Assembly: GCA_013003425.1 (NCBI GenBank)
Contig: JABDJB010000006.1
Coordinates: forward strand, 8,248 to 72,247
DNA from: Gammaproteobacteria bacterium
GTDB lineage: Bacteria; Pseudomonadota; Gammaproteobacteria; Steroidobacterales; JABDKV01
Direction: 5' to 3'
DNA length: 64,000 nucleotides
This document shows positions 46,683 through 60,053 of the stretch, piece by piece (positions within the stretch are counted from its first letter, which is position 1; each line of letters begins with the position of its first letter). Under the pieces are notes generated by a model. That model worked only from the letters and a program-made list of their open reading frames with translations. It was not told the origin of the DNA and ran no database searches. The translations under genes were made by a program, and so were the position numbers.

Positions 46683-46887
46683 TGGTGGCAGGTAGTCGCG
46701 GCAGGATGCCGCTCCCACACAGCATGGTTGCAGGTAGTCGCGGCAGGATGCCGCTCCCACACAGCATGGTTGCAGGTAGTCGCGGCAGGTTGCCGCTCCC
46801 ACACAGCATGGTTGCAGGTAATCGCGGCAGGTTGCCGCTCCCACAACGCATGGTTGCAGGTAGTCGCGGCAGGATGCCGCTCCCACA
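46683..46887. repeat. REP cluster 3: five direct 42-bp tandem units, each with a GCGGCA-GG[A/T]-TGCCGC hairpin
   Basis: Units start at 46692, 46734, 46776, 46818 and 46860. The cluster fills the convergent ygfZ/lysS intergenic region. Confidence 0.9.
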
Positions 46888-46896
46888 GCTTATCGA

Positions 46897-48381
46897 TCAG
46901 GCTTCGGGGCGCAGCAGCGGGAACAGCAACACGTCGCGGATCGACGCCGAATCGGTCAGCAGCATCACCAGCCGGTCGATGCCGACACCGAGCCCGCCGG
47001 CGGGTGGCATGCCATATTCGAGCGCGCGTATGTAGTCCTCGTCGTAGAACATCGCCTCGTCATCGCCGCTTGCCTTCAACTCCACCTGAGCGCGAAAGCG
47101 CGCAGCCTGCTCCTCCGGATCGTTGAGCTCGGAAAAACCATTGGCAATCTCGCGCCCCGCCATGAACAGCTCGAAACGGTCGGTGATAAACGGATCTGCA
47201 TCGTTCTGGCGTGACAATGGTGATACTTCGGTTGGGTAAGAAACGATAAAGGTCGGCTGCAGCAACGTGTCTTCGACGGTTTTCTCGAATAACTCCGTGA
47301 GCAGCTTGCCGGCACCGTGTCCGGGCTCGTGCTTTACTCCGAGACGATCGAGTTGCTGGCGCAGGTAGTCTTCTTCCCGCAACCGGCCGGCATCCAGGTC
47401 AGGATTGCGCTGCGCGACTGATTCTTCCAGGCTCAGACGCCGGAAATCGCTTTCCAGGTCCAGCTCCTCATCCTGGTAGGTCAGCCGGGCACTGCCCAGC
47501 AATGCTTCAGCCGCGCCGCGCACCAGGGCTTCGGTAAGCGCCATGATGTCGTTGTAATCGGCAAAAGCCCAGTACAGCTCGAGCATGGTGAACTCGGGAT
47601 TGTGCTGGGTGGAGATGCCCTCGTTGCGGAAGCTCCGGTTTATCTCGTATACCCGGTTAAGACCACCGACAATCAGTCGTTTCAGATAAAGCTCGGGCGC
47701 AATGCGCAGGTACAGCTGCATGTCCAGAGTGTTGTGATGCGTTACAAATGGCCGCGCCACTGCACCACCGGGGATCGGCTGCATCATCGGAGTTTCCACT
47801 TCCAGAAAATCACGCTGCTCCAGGAAACCACGGATGAAACTGACCGCCGCCGATCGCGCACGAAATACCGCGCGCGAGTCATCATTCATGATCAGATCGA
47901 CGTAACGCTGACGATAGCGGGTTTCCGTATCGCTCAGCCCATGGAATTTTTCCGGCAACGGTCTTAGCGACTTTGTGACCAGTCGCAACCGGTCTGCACG
48001 CACGCTCAGCTCTCCGGTATTGGTGCGGTACATGCCCCCTTCGGCGGCAACAATATCGCCCACATCCCAGGTCTTGAAGGCCGCATAAACGCCGTCGGGC
48101 AACGAATCGCGCTGCAGGTAGAGCTGGATGCGTGCGGTCCCGTCATCGATCACCACGAAACTGGTTTTTCCCATCACGCGCTTGGCCATCATCCGGCCGG
48201 CGACAGCAGCGCGCTCGGCCTGCTCGAGCGCCGCAACATCGTGCCCCTCATAGCGCTGGTGCAGCTCTGCCGCGGTATCGGCCGCCTCGATGTCATTGGG
48301 ATAGGCAATACCCTGCTCGCGCAGGGCCTGAAGCTTGCGCCGGCGTTCGGCAATCAGCTTGTGTTCGTCATTTTCCGCCAT
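46897..48381 (-). CDS. lysS: lysyl-tRNA synthetase (class II)
   Basis: 494 aa. OB-fold N-terminus and class II motifs ([21 protein letters not shown]). Downstream of prfB as in E. coli. Confidence 0.95.
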   Translation of the reverse strand: MAENDEHKLIAERRRKLQALREQGIAYPNDIEAADTAAELHQRYEGHDVAALEQAERAAVAGRMMAKRVMGKTSFVVIDDGTARIQLYLQRDSLPDGVYAAFKTWDVGDIVAAEGGMYRTNTGELSVRADRLRLVTKSLRPLPEKFHGLSDTETRYRQRYVDLIMNDDSRAVFRARSAAVSFIRGFLEQRDFLEVETPMMQPIPGGAVARPFVTHHNTLDMQLYLRIAPELYLKRLIVGGLNRVYEINRSFRNEGISTQHNPEFTMLELYWAFADYNDIMALTEALVRGAAEALLGSARLTYQDEELDLESDFRRLSLEESVAQRNPDLDAGRLREEDYLRQQLDRLGVKHEPGHGAGKLLTELFEKTVEDTLLQPTFIVSYPTEVSPLSRQNDADPFITDRFELFMAGREIANGFSELNDPEEQAARFRAQVELKASGDDEAMFYDEDYIRALEYGMPPAGGLGVGIDRLVMLLTDSASIRDVLLFPLLRPEA

Positions 48382-48383
48382 CG

Positions 48384-49479
48384 CTAAAGCCCCTCTTTCA
48401 GGCTGGCCTCGATAAACTGGTCGAGGGCGCCATCGAGCACAGCCTGGGTATTGCCAACCTCTATGCCTGTACGCAGGTCCTTTATGCGTGACTGGTCGAG
48501 CACGTAGGAACGAATCTGGCTGCCCCAGCCGATCTCGGCCTTGCCCTTCTCCGCCTCGGCCGCCTTTTCGCGCCTTGAATCGAGTTCGTGCTGGTACAGG
48601 CGGGCGCGCAGCTGTTTCATCGCCGTGTCACGGTTGCGGTGCTGTGAACGATCATTCTGACACTGCACGACTATCCCGGTCGGATCATGAGTGATACGCA
48701 CCGCCGACTCGGTCGTGTTGACATGCTGGCCACCCGCACCGCTGGCGCGATACACATCGATGCGCAAATCAGCCGGATTGATTTCAATTTCGATGTTGTC
48801 GTCGATTTCCGGCGTCACCGTAACTGCCGCAAAAGAGGTGTGCCGGCGATTCCCGGAATCGAACGGTGACTTGCGCACCAGCCGGTGCACGCCACCCTCG
48901 GTGCGCAACCAGCCAAACGCGTAATCACCGGTAACCTGCACCGTGGCACTCTTGATTCCCGCGACCTCACCGGGCGATGCCTCCATTATCTCTGCCTTGA
49001 AGTCTCGCGATTCGCACCACTTCAGGTACATGCGCAGCAGCATTTCGGCCCAGTCCTGGGCTTCGGTACCGCCTGAACCGGCCTGGATAAACAGGAACGC
49101 ATTTGCATCGTCCAGCTCGCCGGAAAACATCCGGCGAAATTCGAGCTGTTCGACCTGTGTTGTCAGTTTTTCGAGATCACGCTCGATCTCCGCGAGCGTG
49201 TCGTCATCTTCTTCTGCCAGAGCCAGCTCCAGCAGGTCGGCAGCATCGCTGACCCCGGTATCGAGCGCCTCGAGTTCGGCAACTGTCGCATCGAGGCGCG
49301 CCCGCTCACGGCCAAGCGACTGGGCGCGCTCCTGGTCGTCCCAGACGGTCGGGTCTTCCAGCTGGCGCGAAACTTCGGTCAGACGCTCCTTTTTCCCGGC
49401 ATAGTCAAAGATACCCCCTCAGAGCTTTACTGCGGCTCTCGAGGTCGGAGATTCGTGCACGTACCTGGCCGGTTTCCAA
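48384..49479 (-). CDS. prfB: peptide chain release factor 2, with programmed +1 frameshift: join(49479..49408, 49406..48384)
   Basis: Frame 0 gives (TTG)[23 protein letters not shown], then TGA. The +1 frame continues [12 protein letters not shown]... through SPF and GGQ ([11 protein letters not shown]). Total 364 aa. The TTG start at 49479 is my choice. Confidence 0.9.
49404..49419 (-). other. prfB +1 frameshift site AGGGGG-TAT-CTT-TGA-C
   Basis: Minus strand reads AGG GGG TAT CTT TGA C: an internal SD-like element, the slippery CTT and an in-frame TGA followed by C, identical in logic to E. coli prfB. Confidence 0.9.
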
Positions 49480-49573
49480 TTGACTGTTTTCCTGTCTGTC
49501 TGACTGGTCGCGGATGTTACCAATGCACCCGGCGCCAGTCGATGCCCGCCACATACTGTGATATATCTCGCGC

Positions 49574-50188
49574 ATGTTCTCACGCGTGACAGTGCTGGTC
49601 ATGTTCATCGCCGCGGTCCAGCCGGCCGCCTTTGGCAGCTGTGCCCCTGACTGCCCCGATGGCGACAGGGATGGCGTCGTCGATACGGCTGACCAGTGCC
49701 CGGAATCAGAGCACGGCGCGCCGGTCACAATGACCGGTTGTGCCCACGACACCGACGCAGACGGCATTCCCGACTATCGTGACCGCTGCCCGCACCTCAG
49801 CGCCGCCAGCGTCGATGCCTGGGGCTGTCCGGCCGGACTGGAAATATTTCTGGAAGGACTCTCTTTTGAAACCAATTCCGCACGCTTTGCCGGCACGACT
49901 CATCCCGTACTGGAACAGGCCGTGCGCATGCTGGTCGACACGCAGTACCGCCAGGTCCTGGTCGCCGGACACACCGATGACGTGGGCAGCGCCGAGCACA
50001 ACCGTCGTTTGTCACGCCAACGTGCCGAGGCGGTGCGCCAGTATCTGGTGGCGGCCGGCCTTGATTCCGGCCGCATCGTTGCCCGCGGCTATGGCGAAAG
50101 CCGTCCGATCGCGGACAACACCACCGAACAGGGCCGCAGCCGCAACCGTCGGGTTGTGCTTCACGTGCTGGGCATCGAGCCAGGCTAG
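49574..50188 (+). CDS. OmpA-family protein with thrombospondin type-3-like Ca-binding repeats
   Basis: 204 aa. Signal or lipobox-like N-terminus (AAFGSC), DGDRDGVVDTADQCP and DTDADGIPDYRDRCP repeats, and an OmpA C-terminal domain (GHTD..G....N..LS..RA). Confidence 0.8.
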   Translation: MFSRVTVLVMFIAAVQPAAFGSCAPDCPDGDRDGVVDTADQCPESEHGAPVTMTGCAHDTDADGIPDYRDRCPHLSAASVDAWGCPAGLEIFLEGLSFETNSARFAGTTHPVLEQAVRMLVDTQYRQVLVAGHTDDVGSAEHNRRLSRQRAEAVRQYLVAAGLDSGRIVARGYGESRPIADNTTEQGRSRNRRVVLHVLGIEPG

Positions 50189-50200
50189 GATAAAACTGTT

Positions 50201-50569
50201 ATGCAACTACACCGCGAACGCAGCGATCAAATCAACATCATTCGCAGCATGGATGATGAGCACATCATCGTTGGCGAGCAGAAATTCACCGTGCCATGCA
50301 TCGTGACGGTCAGCGAAATTGTTTCATGGAAGCCGATTTCAGCGGAACAGCTGTCCGTTTCTGACTTTGCCGCTGCAATTGATCAGTCACCTGAGTTGAT
50401 TTTGCTGGGTACCGGCATGAGCCTGGTCATTCCCAATCCCGGCCTGATTACAGCAATCAATGATGCTGGAGTCGGATTTGAATTTATGGACAACGCCGCG
50501 GCCTGCCGCACCTACAACGTGCTGGCGCATGAAGGACGGGCTGTTGCGGTGGCGCTACTGGCCGGGTGA
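50201..50569 (+). CDS. Mth938-like (DUF498, NDUFAF3-like) domain protein
   Basis: 122 aa. ELILLGTGMSLVIP...GVGFEFMDNAAACRTYNVLAHEGRAVAVALL is typical of the family. Starts 12 nt after the OmpA-like gene. Confidence 0.65.
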   Translation: MQLHRERSDQINIIRSMDDEHIIVGEQKFTVPCIVTVSEIVSWKPISAEQLSVSDFAAAIDQSPELILLGTGMSLVIPNPGLITAINDAGVGFEFMDNAAACRTYNVLAHEGRAVAVALLAG

Positions 50570-50574
50570 GCTGA

Positions 50575-51477
50575 TCACTCGAACACAGCTTCGTAGTCCA
50601 GGCCCTCGCTTTCCATGAAGCCGCGCAACCGGCTCAGGGCATCCATCTGGATTTGACGCACTCGCTCACGCGTTACGCCAATTTCCTCACCGACCTGTTC
50701 CAGCGTGCACTTCCGGTAGCCATGCAGACCGAAACGCCGTTGTACCACCGCTCGCTGCTTGTCGTTCAGCTTTTCCAGCCAGTAATGCAGCACTTCATTG
50801 ACCCGGTCGGACTGGGCTGACCGGGATGGATCGGCACCGTCAGTGTCGGGTATCGAATCGAGAACCGTGCGCTCACTGTCGCGACCAACCGGCGCATGCG
50901 CAGAGGTTGTGCGCTCGTTCAAACCAAACAGCCGCCGCACATTATCCGCCGAGCAACCCATGTCGGCTGCTATCTCGTCTACCTCCGGCTCGCGATCGAG
51001 TTCCTGCGCCAGCTTGCGCGCGGATCGCAGGTAGGTGTTGATCTCCTTGATCACGTGAATCGGCAACCTGATGGTACGGGTCTGGTTCATGATGCCGCGT
51101 TCAATTGTCTGGCGAATCCACCAGGTGGCGTAAGTAGAGAAACGAAAACCACGCTCGGGATCGAATTTTTTTACCGCGTGAATGAGTCCGAGATTACCCT
51201 CCTCGATCAGATCGAGCAGTGGCAGACCACGATTCATGTAGCGCCGCGCGATCTTTACGACCAGGCGAAGATTGCTTTCGATCATTCGCTTGCGTGCGCC
51301 TTCGTCACCGCGTTGCACGCGACGGGCAAAGTACACTTCTTCTTCCGCCGTGAGCAGCGGTGAGAACCCGATCTCGCTCAGGTACAACCGGGTAGCGTCA
51401 TGAACACTGCGGTCAAACCTTTTTGCCGGCTTCCCCAACGAGGCTGACGCGGAGTCAGCCGCTTTTTCGCCTGGCAT
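50575..51477 (-). CDS. rpoS: RNA polymerase sigma factor RpoS
   Basis: 300 aa. [27 protein letters not shown], with region 2 and region 4 motifs. Downstream of nlpD. Confidence 0.95.
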   Translation of the reverse strand: MPGEKAADSASASLGKPAKRFDRSVHDATRLYLSEIGFSPLLTAEEEVYFARRVQRGDEGARKRMIESNLRLVVKIARRYMNRGLPLLDLIEEGNLGLIHAVKKFDPERGFRFSTYATWWIRQTIERGIMNQTRTIRLPIHVIKEINTYLRSARKLAQELDREPEVDEIAADMGCSADNVRRLFGLNERTTSAHAPVGRDSERTVLDSIPDTDGADPSRSAQSDRVNEVLHYWLEKLNDKQRAVVQRRFGLHGYRKCTLEQVGEEIGVTRERVRQIQMDALSRLRGFMESEGLDYEAVFE

Positions 51478-51501
51478 TTCTGCCCCCTTTCCTGCAGGAG
51501 C

Positions 51502-52209
51502 CTATTCAGCCTCGCGTGACGGCAGGAACTGCAACGGATCGACCGGTTTTCCCTTTATCCGGATCTCGAAATGCAGCGCCGCCCGTTCGCCGGGACCAAA
51601 ACCCATTTTTCCAATGCGCTGACCGGCAGTGACAATATCCCCTTCTCCCACCAACAGCGCGTCGTTGTGCCCGTAAGCACTCAGGTAGACTTCATTATGT
51701 TTCAAAATGATAAGTTTTCCGTACCCAAGAAGTCCACTGCCGCTGTAGACCACGGTTCCCGCAGCGGCTGCAAGCACGTAATCTCCGGCGTTTCCGCCGA
51801 TATCCACACCCTGGCCCAGCGATGTTGCATCGCCGAAACGCGCAATAAGTGGGCCGTTCGCCGGCCACACCCATGCAAGGGGCGGCGCGCTTGCCGCCGG
51901 AGGATCACGCGGCGCCGAACTGCCGCTTCGCGGCGCGGCTGACGTTGCGGCACTGACCGGCCGCCGGTAACCGGGCGGCGCTGACAGCCGCAGCGTCTGC
52001 CCCGGAAACAACAGATCAGGGTTATCGATGCGATTCCATGCCGCCAGTTCCCGTGCATCAACCCGATAACGGAACGCAATTGCCTGCAGCGTATCGCCGG
52101 CACGTACTACGTGTACTCGCTGCTCCCAGCGTAATGCTTTGCCGCCGCAAGCGGCCAACAGCAACATCACCGCCAGCATGACGACAAGTGATTTCGCTAT
52201 CGCACCCAC
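51502..52209 (-). CDS. nlpD: LysM/M23 peptidase lipoprotein NlpD
   Basis: 235 aa. Lipobox LLLAAC, LysM (HVVRAGDTLQAIAFRY) and an M23 domain (LHFEIR). Confidence 0.9.
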   Translation of the reverse strand: MGAIAKSLVVMLAVMLLLAACGGKALRWEQRVHVVRAGDTLQAIAFRYRVDARELAAWNRIDNPDLLFPGQTLRLSAPPGYRRPVSAATSAAPRSGSSAPRDPPAASAPPLAWVWPANGPLIARFGDATSLGQGVDIGGNAGDYVLAAAAGTVVYSGSGLLGYGKLIILKHNEVYLSAYGHNDALLVGEGDIVTAGQRIGKMGFGPGERAALHFEIRIKGKPVDPLQFLPSREAE

Positions 52210-52769
52210 AGGTAGACGACAATACCGATTGCCACGATGGCCCAGCCCAGCACTTCCACGTGTCGCCGAAGGCTTTGTGCGGCACGCTCGCCACCGGCCA
52301 TGATCATCAGAGCGACGAGGAAGAACCGCGCGCCGCGACCAAAGGTCGACGCCAGAACAAACAACGGCAGCGGCATCGCCAGCGAACCGGCGGCGATTGT
52401 GAATATTTTATATGGCACCGGGGAAAACCCGGCCAGCAGGACAGCCCAGAAACCCCACCGCCCAAACCACTCACTGACCCGGGCATAGTCATCCATGTAC
52501 CCAGCCTGCTGCAGCAAACCCGACGCGGCCTCGAAACCGAAGTAGCCGATCAGCCATCCGGCAACGCCGCCCAGCACGGATGTGACAGTCGTCAGCAATG
52601 CCAGAGAGGGACCGCGACGCGGCTGGGCCAGCACCATTGGCGCCAGCATGACGTCCGGCGGCACCGGGAAGAACGACGATTCGGCGAAACTGAGCGTACC
52701 GAGGTACCAGGGAGCGTGGCGATGCTGCGACCAGCGCAATGCCCGGTCATAAAGTGCGGTGAAAATCAT
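52197..52769 (-). CDS. yqaA: YqaA family (DedA superfamily) membrane protein
   Basis: 190 aa, with AESSFFPVPPDVMLAPM and SPVPYKIFTIAAG blocks. Confidence 0.75.
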   Translation of the reverse strand: MIFTALYDRALRWSQHRHAPWYLGTLSFAESSFFPVPPDVMLAPMVLAQPRRGPSLALLTTVTSVLGGVAGWLIGYFGFEAASGLLQQAGYMDDYARVSEWFGRWGFWAVLLAGFSPVPYKIFTIAAGSLAMPLPLFVLASTFGRGARFFLVALMIMAGGERAAQSLRRHVEVLGWAIVAIGIVVYLWVR

Positions 52770-52771
52770 CG

Positions 52772-53425
52772 TCAGTGAGTGCCCTGCAGCAGTGGCACGA
52801 AACTTACCGCACCAAGATCCGCCTGCTCCACGTTTTTACCGTTGCGGGTATAAGCCATCAGAGTCTGCCGGCCCTGTGCCCCGACCGGAATGATCAGGCG
52901 CCCGCCATCTGCGAGCTGCTCGATCAGGGCGCACGGAATTTCGCGCGGCGCGGCGGCGACAAGGATGCCGTCATACGGCGCATTTGCCTTCCACCCCTGC
53001 CAGCCATCGCCGTGACGCAGCTTGACGTTATAAATGTCGAGCTGACGCAGCAGACGGCGAGTACGACGTAACAGTGACCCGATCCGTTCCACGCTGAAAA
53101 TATTTCCTGCCAGCGGGCTCAGCACGGCTGTCTGGTAGCCACACCCGGTGCCAACCTCCAGCACTTTCTCCGGCCGGCCGGCGGCCATCAGCGCCTCGGT
53201 CATCCGCGCGACCACGTATGGCTGGGAAATCGTCTGCCCCTGGCCGATCGGTAGCGCTGTATCTTCGTATGCGCGGCTGGCCAGCGCCTCATCGACGAAC
53301 AGGTGCCGTGGTACGTTGCGAATGCGGTCAAGCACCATCTCATCGGCTATACCCTGCTGCCGCAGCCGGTCTATCAGCCTTTCGCGGGTTCGCGCCGAGG
53401 TCATGCCAATCCCGAGCGGATTCAT
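52772..53425 (-). CDS. pcm: protein-L-isoaspartate O-methyltransferase
   Basis: 217 aa. [13 protein letters not shown] and the SAM motif [15 protein letters not shown]. Confidence 0.95.
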   Translation of the reverse strand: MNPLGIGMTSARTRERLIDRLRQQGIADEMVLDRIRNVPRHLFVDEALASRAYEDTALPIGQGQTISQPYVVARMTEALMAAGRPEKVLEVGTGCGYQTAVLSPLAGNIFSVERIGSLLRRTRRLLRQLDIYNVKLRHGDGWQGWKANAPYDGILVAAAPREIPCALIEQLADGGRLIIPVGAQGRQTLMAYTRNGKNVEQADLGAVSFVPLLQGTH

Positions 53426-54171
53426 CGTTCGCTATCCAGCCACGTTGCGACGTCAGCAATCTCGTTGTGTGCCGTCAGGTCCACCTGCAACGGCGTAACC
53501 GAAACGTAGCCCTCGGAGATCGCATTAAAATCGGTGCCGGGACCGCAGTCCTGCTCGGGTCCGGCCGGCCCGACCCAGTAAATCGTCGAGCCGCGCGGAT
53601 CCGTCGAGCGCACCACCGGTTCGGCGCGGTGCCGGTAGCCGAGCCGCGTGGCTTTGAAACCAGCCAGTTGCTCGTAAGAAAGATCCGGGACGTTGATGTT
53701 GAGGATCGAATCCGGCGGCAACGGCGACTTGCGCAGCATACGCACCAGGTCGCCCGCCACCCTGGCAGCCGCCGGCATGTTGGTGCTGCGCGATGAGACC
53801 AGCGAAATAGCAACGGCCGGCAGGCCCAGAAAACGACCCTCCATTGCGGCAGCGACGGTGCCCGAGTACAGGACATCGTCACCGAGATTGGCGCCGTGGT
53901 TTATCCCGGATATAACCATGTCCGGATCATCATCGAGAAAGCCGGTAATGGCGACATGCACGCAATCTGTCGGCGTACCATTGACTGCATAAACACCAGG
54001 GCCCTGCCGCCGTATACGCAGCGGCGCTTCCAGTGTCAGTGAGTTGCTCGCCCCACTGCGATTGCGATCCGGCGCGACCACGGTAATTTCAGCCATTTCA
54101 CGCAGCACCGATGACAGGGCGAGCAACCCCTTGGCGTGATAACCGTCATCGTTACTGAGCAATATGTTCAC
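53422..54171 (-). CDS. surE: 5'/3'-nucleotidase SurE
   Basis: 249 aa. [15 protein letters not shown] and GINHGANLG. Confidence 0.95.
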   Translation of the reverse strand: MNILLSNDDGYHAKGLLALSSVLREMAEITVVAPDRNRSGASNSLTLEAPLRIRRQGPGVYAVNGTPTDCVHVAITGFLDDDPDMVISGINHGANLGDDVLYSGTVAAAMEGRFLGLPAVAISLVSSRSTNMPAAARVAGDLVRMLRKSPLPPDSILNINVPDLSYEQLAGFKATRLGYRHRAEPVVRSTDPRGSTIYWVGPAGPEQDCGPGTDFNAISEGYVSVTPLQVDLTAHNEIADVATWLDSER

Positions 54172-54242
54172 TGGGCTATTATCCCTGTCAGTTGAGCTGC
54201 ATTATTGTACCTGCCGGCAGCCCGGCACGTTGGAACCAAAGC

Positions 54243-54758
54243 ATGACTGACGACCACGACGACGACGATATCTTTCGCAGGCACATGGCTGGTGTGCGAC
54301 GCCTGCGCGCGCACAAGACCCACACCGAGCGGCCACGACCGCGCGCGAAGGCACGATTTGCCCGGGCCGATCAGCAGCAGGTACTGCAGGAAAGCCTGAC
54401 CGGCGAACCGGCCAGCGACAGCCAGGCGGAAGTACGCTACGCGCAGCCGGGCGTAAGCCCCACCGTATTGCGCAAACTCCGACGTGGTAAATACAGCATT
54501 GCCGACGAACTTGACCTGCACGGGCTCAATGTCGCAATGGCGGCACAGGCGCTCGATGAGTTTCTGGCCGAATGCAGCAGCCTCGGCCATCGCTGTGTGC
54601 GCATTATCCATGGCAAGGGCACACGCTCCGGTCATGGTGGGCCGGTGCTGAAACCCAAAGTCTGTCACTGGCTGCGCCGCCGCGAGCAGGTACTCGCTTT
54701 TACCACCGCACCCAACCACGACGGCGGCAGCGGGGCACTCTACGTCCTGCTGCGCTGA
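54243..54758 (+). CDS. Smr domain protein (SmrA-like endonuclease)
   Basis: I chose the start at MTDDHDDDD (54243). Smr domain ELDLHGLNVAMAAQALDEFL...VRIIHGKG. Confidence 0.75.
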   Translation: MTDDHDDDDIFRRHMAGVRRLRAHKTHTERPRPRAKARFARADQQQVLQESLTGEPASDSQAEVRYAQPGVSPTVLRKLRRGKYSIADELDLHGLNVAMAAQALDEFLAECSSLGHRCVRIIHGKGTRSGHGGPVLKPKVCHWLRRREQVLAFTTAPNHDGGSGALYVLLR

Positions 54759-54760
54759 AG

Positions 54761-55789
54761 TCATGAGTGGCGCTGCGCTGATGCAGCATCGTGCACGGTC
54801 ATTGCGGCTGCCAGCAGGCTGGTTGCGTATACTCCCGACGGCAGCCGGAAACGCAGCAACAGCTCGTCCGTAATTTCCCACGCCATGTCACTCGGCAGGA
54901 TACGTAGTGCACGGCGCTCCTGCCTGAGCCGATTGTGCTCCAGTCCGGCGGCCAGGTCGCTGAACTGTTCTGCGGTCTCCCGCTCCAGCGCAGCGACCGC
55001 ACCGCAGACCGGTAGCTCACCGCGGCCCCATAGCGGCCCGGAGACGTGAATGTCGCCGGCTTGCAGCCTGCCGGCAATCTCCTGATCCGGCGTCTCGCAC
55101 GAGAAAAAGCTGCCGCTGCCATCGAGGATCAGTGCATCACCGGCCAGCGCGCTGTTCCAGCTGTCATCAGCTATACGCCGGTCCAGGACCGCATTGAATA
55201 TTGCCGCACGTGCGGCCGAAAGCGCCATTGAGCGCTGGTTTCTTCTCAGCTTTGCCGAACCGGCGAACAGCCGTCGCGCCAGCTGCAGGTTGTGCCCGTC
55301 GTGACCGAAGCGCTGCGAACCGAAGTAATTGGGAAAGCCGTCGTTGCTGATCGCCTGCAAACGCTGTTCCAGCAACTGCTCCGGATCATGCAGCTCGCGC
55401 ACCGTGATTTCGAACTGGTTATACGCCAGGGCGCCGCGCCGCAGCTTGCGATCGTGGCGCACCGTTTCGAGTACCTCCACGCCCTCGATAGCCAACTGTA
55501 CGGCGGGAGGGGCTTGCCTGCCTGGCAACCAGACCGAGTACCACTGGCGGGTTACGGCATGGCGATCCTTGCGACCGGCGAAAGCCACATCTCGCCTGCC
55601 GACCCCGTAACAGCGGGCCAGCTGCTGCGCCACCCAGGCGGTATTGGCGCCGGTTTTTTCCAGTCGCACCAGCAGGTGCTCACCTGCCCCGGCCGGTGCA
55701 AATCCGAGCGCTTCATCGACGCGAAAATCCTGGGGCCGGGTGCGTATGGTGCCGCTGACCTTGTCCACGCCGCCTGACGGCAGGTTCAT
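54761..55789 (-). CDS. truD: tRNA pseudouridine(13) synthase TruD
   Basis: 342 aa. PQDFRVDE N-terminus, GRKDRHAVTRQW catalytic Asp block and FPNYFGSQRFG. Confidence 0.9.
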   Translation of the reverse strand: MNLPSGGVDKVSGTIRTRPQDFRVDEALGFAPAGAGEHLLVRLEKTGANTAWVAQQLARCYGVGRRDVAFAGRKDRHAVTRQWYSVWLPGRQAPPAVQLAIEGVEVLETVRHDRKLRRGALAYNQFEITVRELHDPEQLLEQRLQAISNDGFPNYFGSQRFGHDGHNLQLARRLFAGSAKLRRNQRSMALSAARAAIFNAVLDRRIADDSWNSALAGDALILDGSGSFFSCETPDQEIAGRLQAGDIHVSGPLWGRGELPVCGAVAALERETAEQFSDLAAGLEHNRLRQERRALRILPSDMAWEITDELLLRFRLPSGVYATSLLAAAMTVHDAASAQRHS

Positions 55790-56073
55790 TCGTTCTCGTT
55801 ATCCTTTTCGACGACCTGGTAGAACGTCTCATTGGCGCGCTTCATACCCAGTTCCGCACGTGCCCGTTCTTCGATGGCATCACTGCCGCTTTTCAGGTCC
55901 GCAACCTCCGCCTCCAGGGCATCGTTGCGCCGCTGCAGTTGTTCGTTCTGTTCCCGTTGTTCTGCGACCGCCCGCTCCAGCCGCCACACCTCACGAATGC
56001 CGTCATCTGTCAGCCAGTAGCGGTACACCAATACCGCCAGGATGACAGCCATAATTGCCAGCATAGTACGCAC
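55786..56073 (-). CDS. ftsB: cell division protein FtsB
   Basis: 95 aa. N-terminal TM plus coiled coil. Downstream of eno as in the Pseudomonas order. Confidence 0.85.
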   Translation of the reverse strand: MRTMLAIMAVILAVLVYRYWLTDDGIREVWRLERAVAEQREQNEQLQRRNDALEAEVADLKSGSDAIEERARAELGMKRANETFYQVVEKDNENE

Positions 56074-56074
56074 T

Positions 56075-57370
<1,296 letters not shown>

Positions 57371-58216
57371 TCAACGCTCCCGGCGCAAGCTGTCCTCGGC
57401 AAATTCCCGTTTTTTCACTGCCTGGTCTATATCTACCAGCACCTCAAGCAACTGCTTCATGCGATCGAGCGGCCACGCATTCGGCCCGTCACTGAGCGCG
57501 TTGGCCGGATCGGGGTGAGTCTCGGCGAACAGGCCGGACACCCCGGCCGCCACGGCGGCCCGGGCCAGCACGGGTATGAACTCGCGCTGGCCGCCGGAAG
57601 CATCGCCACGCCCGCCCGGCAGCTGCACCGAGTGGGTCGCGTCAAATACAACCGGACAACCGGTGTCACGCATCACAGAAAGCGAGCGCATGTCGGAGAC
57701 CAGGTTGTTATAGCCGAATGAAAAACCGCGTTCACACACCATTATCTGTTCATTACCGGTACTGCGCGCCTTGTTAACCACATTACCCATCTCCCACGGC
57801 GACAGGAACTGCCCTTTCTTTATATTGACCGCCTTGCCTAGCCCGGCAACCGCCACGATGAAATTGGTCTGGCGGCACAGGAAGGCGGGCGTCTGCAGTA
57901 CGTCGACGACAGCAGCCACTTCTGCCAGCGGCGTGTCTTCATGCACATCGGTCAGTACGGGCACCCCCACCTGTTTGCGTACCGCCTCGAGAATACGCAA
58001 TCCGTCAGCAATCCCCGGACCGCGAAAACTGCCGATCGATGAGCGATTGGCTTTGTCGAACGAGGACTTGAATATGAACGGCACGCCAAGCCGGCCGGTG
58101 ATTTCCCTGAGCGTACCGGCGGTATCGATAGCAAGCTGCTCGCTCTCGATGACGCAGGGCCCGGCGATGAGGAACAGCGGGTGGTCCGGCCCCACCTTGA
58201 AGTTACACAATTCCAT
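57371..58216 (-). CDS. kdsA: 2-dehydro-3-deoxyphosphooctonate aldolase
   Basis: I chose the internal start [25 protein letters not shown] at 58216 (281 aa). The track ORF start would overlap pyrG by 146 nt. Confidence 0.9.
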   Translation of the reverse strand: MELCNFKVGPDHPLFLIAGPCVIESEQLAIDTAGTLREITGRLGVPFIFKSSFDKANRSSIGSFRGPGIADGLRILEAVRKQVGVPVLTDVHEDTPLAEVAAVVDVLQTPAFLCRQTNFIVAVAGLGKAVNIKKGQFLSPWEMGNVVNKARSTGNEQIMVCERGFSFGYNNLVSDMRSLSVMRDTGCPVVFDATHSVQLPGGRGDASGGQREFIPVLARAAVAAGVSGLFAETHPDPANALSDGPNAWPLDRMKQLLEVLVDIDQAVKKREFAEDSLRRER

Positions 58217-58220
58217 AGTG

Positions 58221-59918
<1,698 letters not shown>

Positions 59919-60053
59919 TTAGCCGTGACCGCGGTCACTGGCCGAAACGTTGTTACGCAATGGCTCGTTGACAAAGCCAAGCCGTTTCACGACCTCCGAC
60001 AAATGGGCGTCACCGGCTGCGGCGACCGGGAAAAATTACCAGAACAGGCACGG

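Noticed and set aside
46683-46887. Regularly spaced 28-nt palindromic repeats that could be taken for a small CRISPR array
   Set aside because: The 14-15-nt inter-repeat segments are identical in every unit, so there are no unique spacers. They are also far too short, no cas genes or leader are nearby, and the repeat belongs to the REP family seen at 684-951 and 1593-2187.
59925-59938. Perfect 14-nt palindrome GTGACCGCGGTCAC in the tilS-pyrG spacer, a possible operator or attenuator for pyrG
   Set aside because: It is a single short GC-rich palindrome with no flanking T-tract, no second copy in the window and no known pyrG control mechanism of this type in gammaproteobacteria. That is not enough to call a site.
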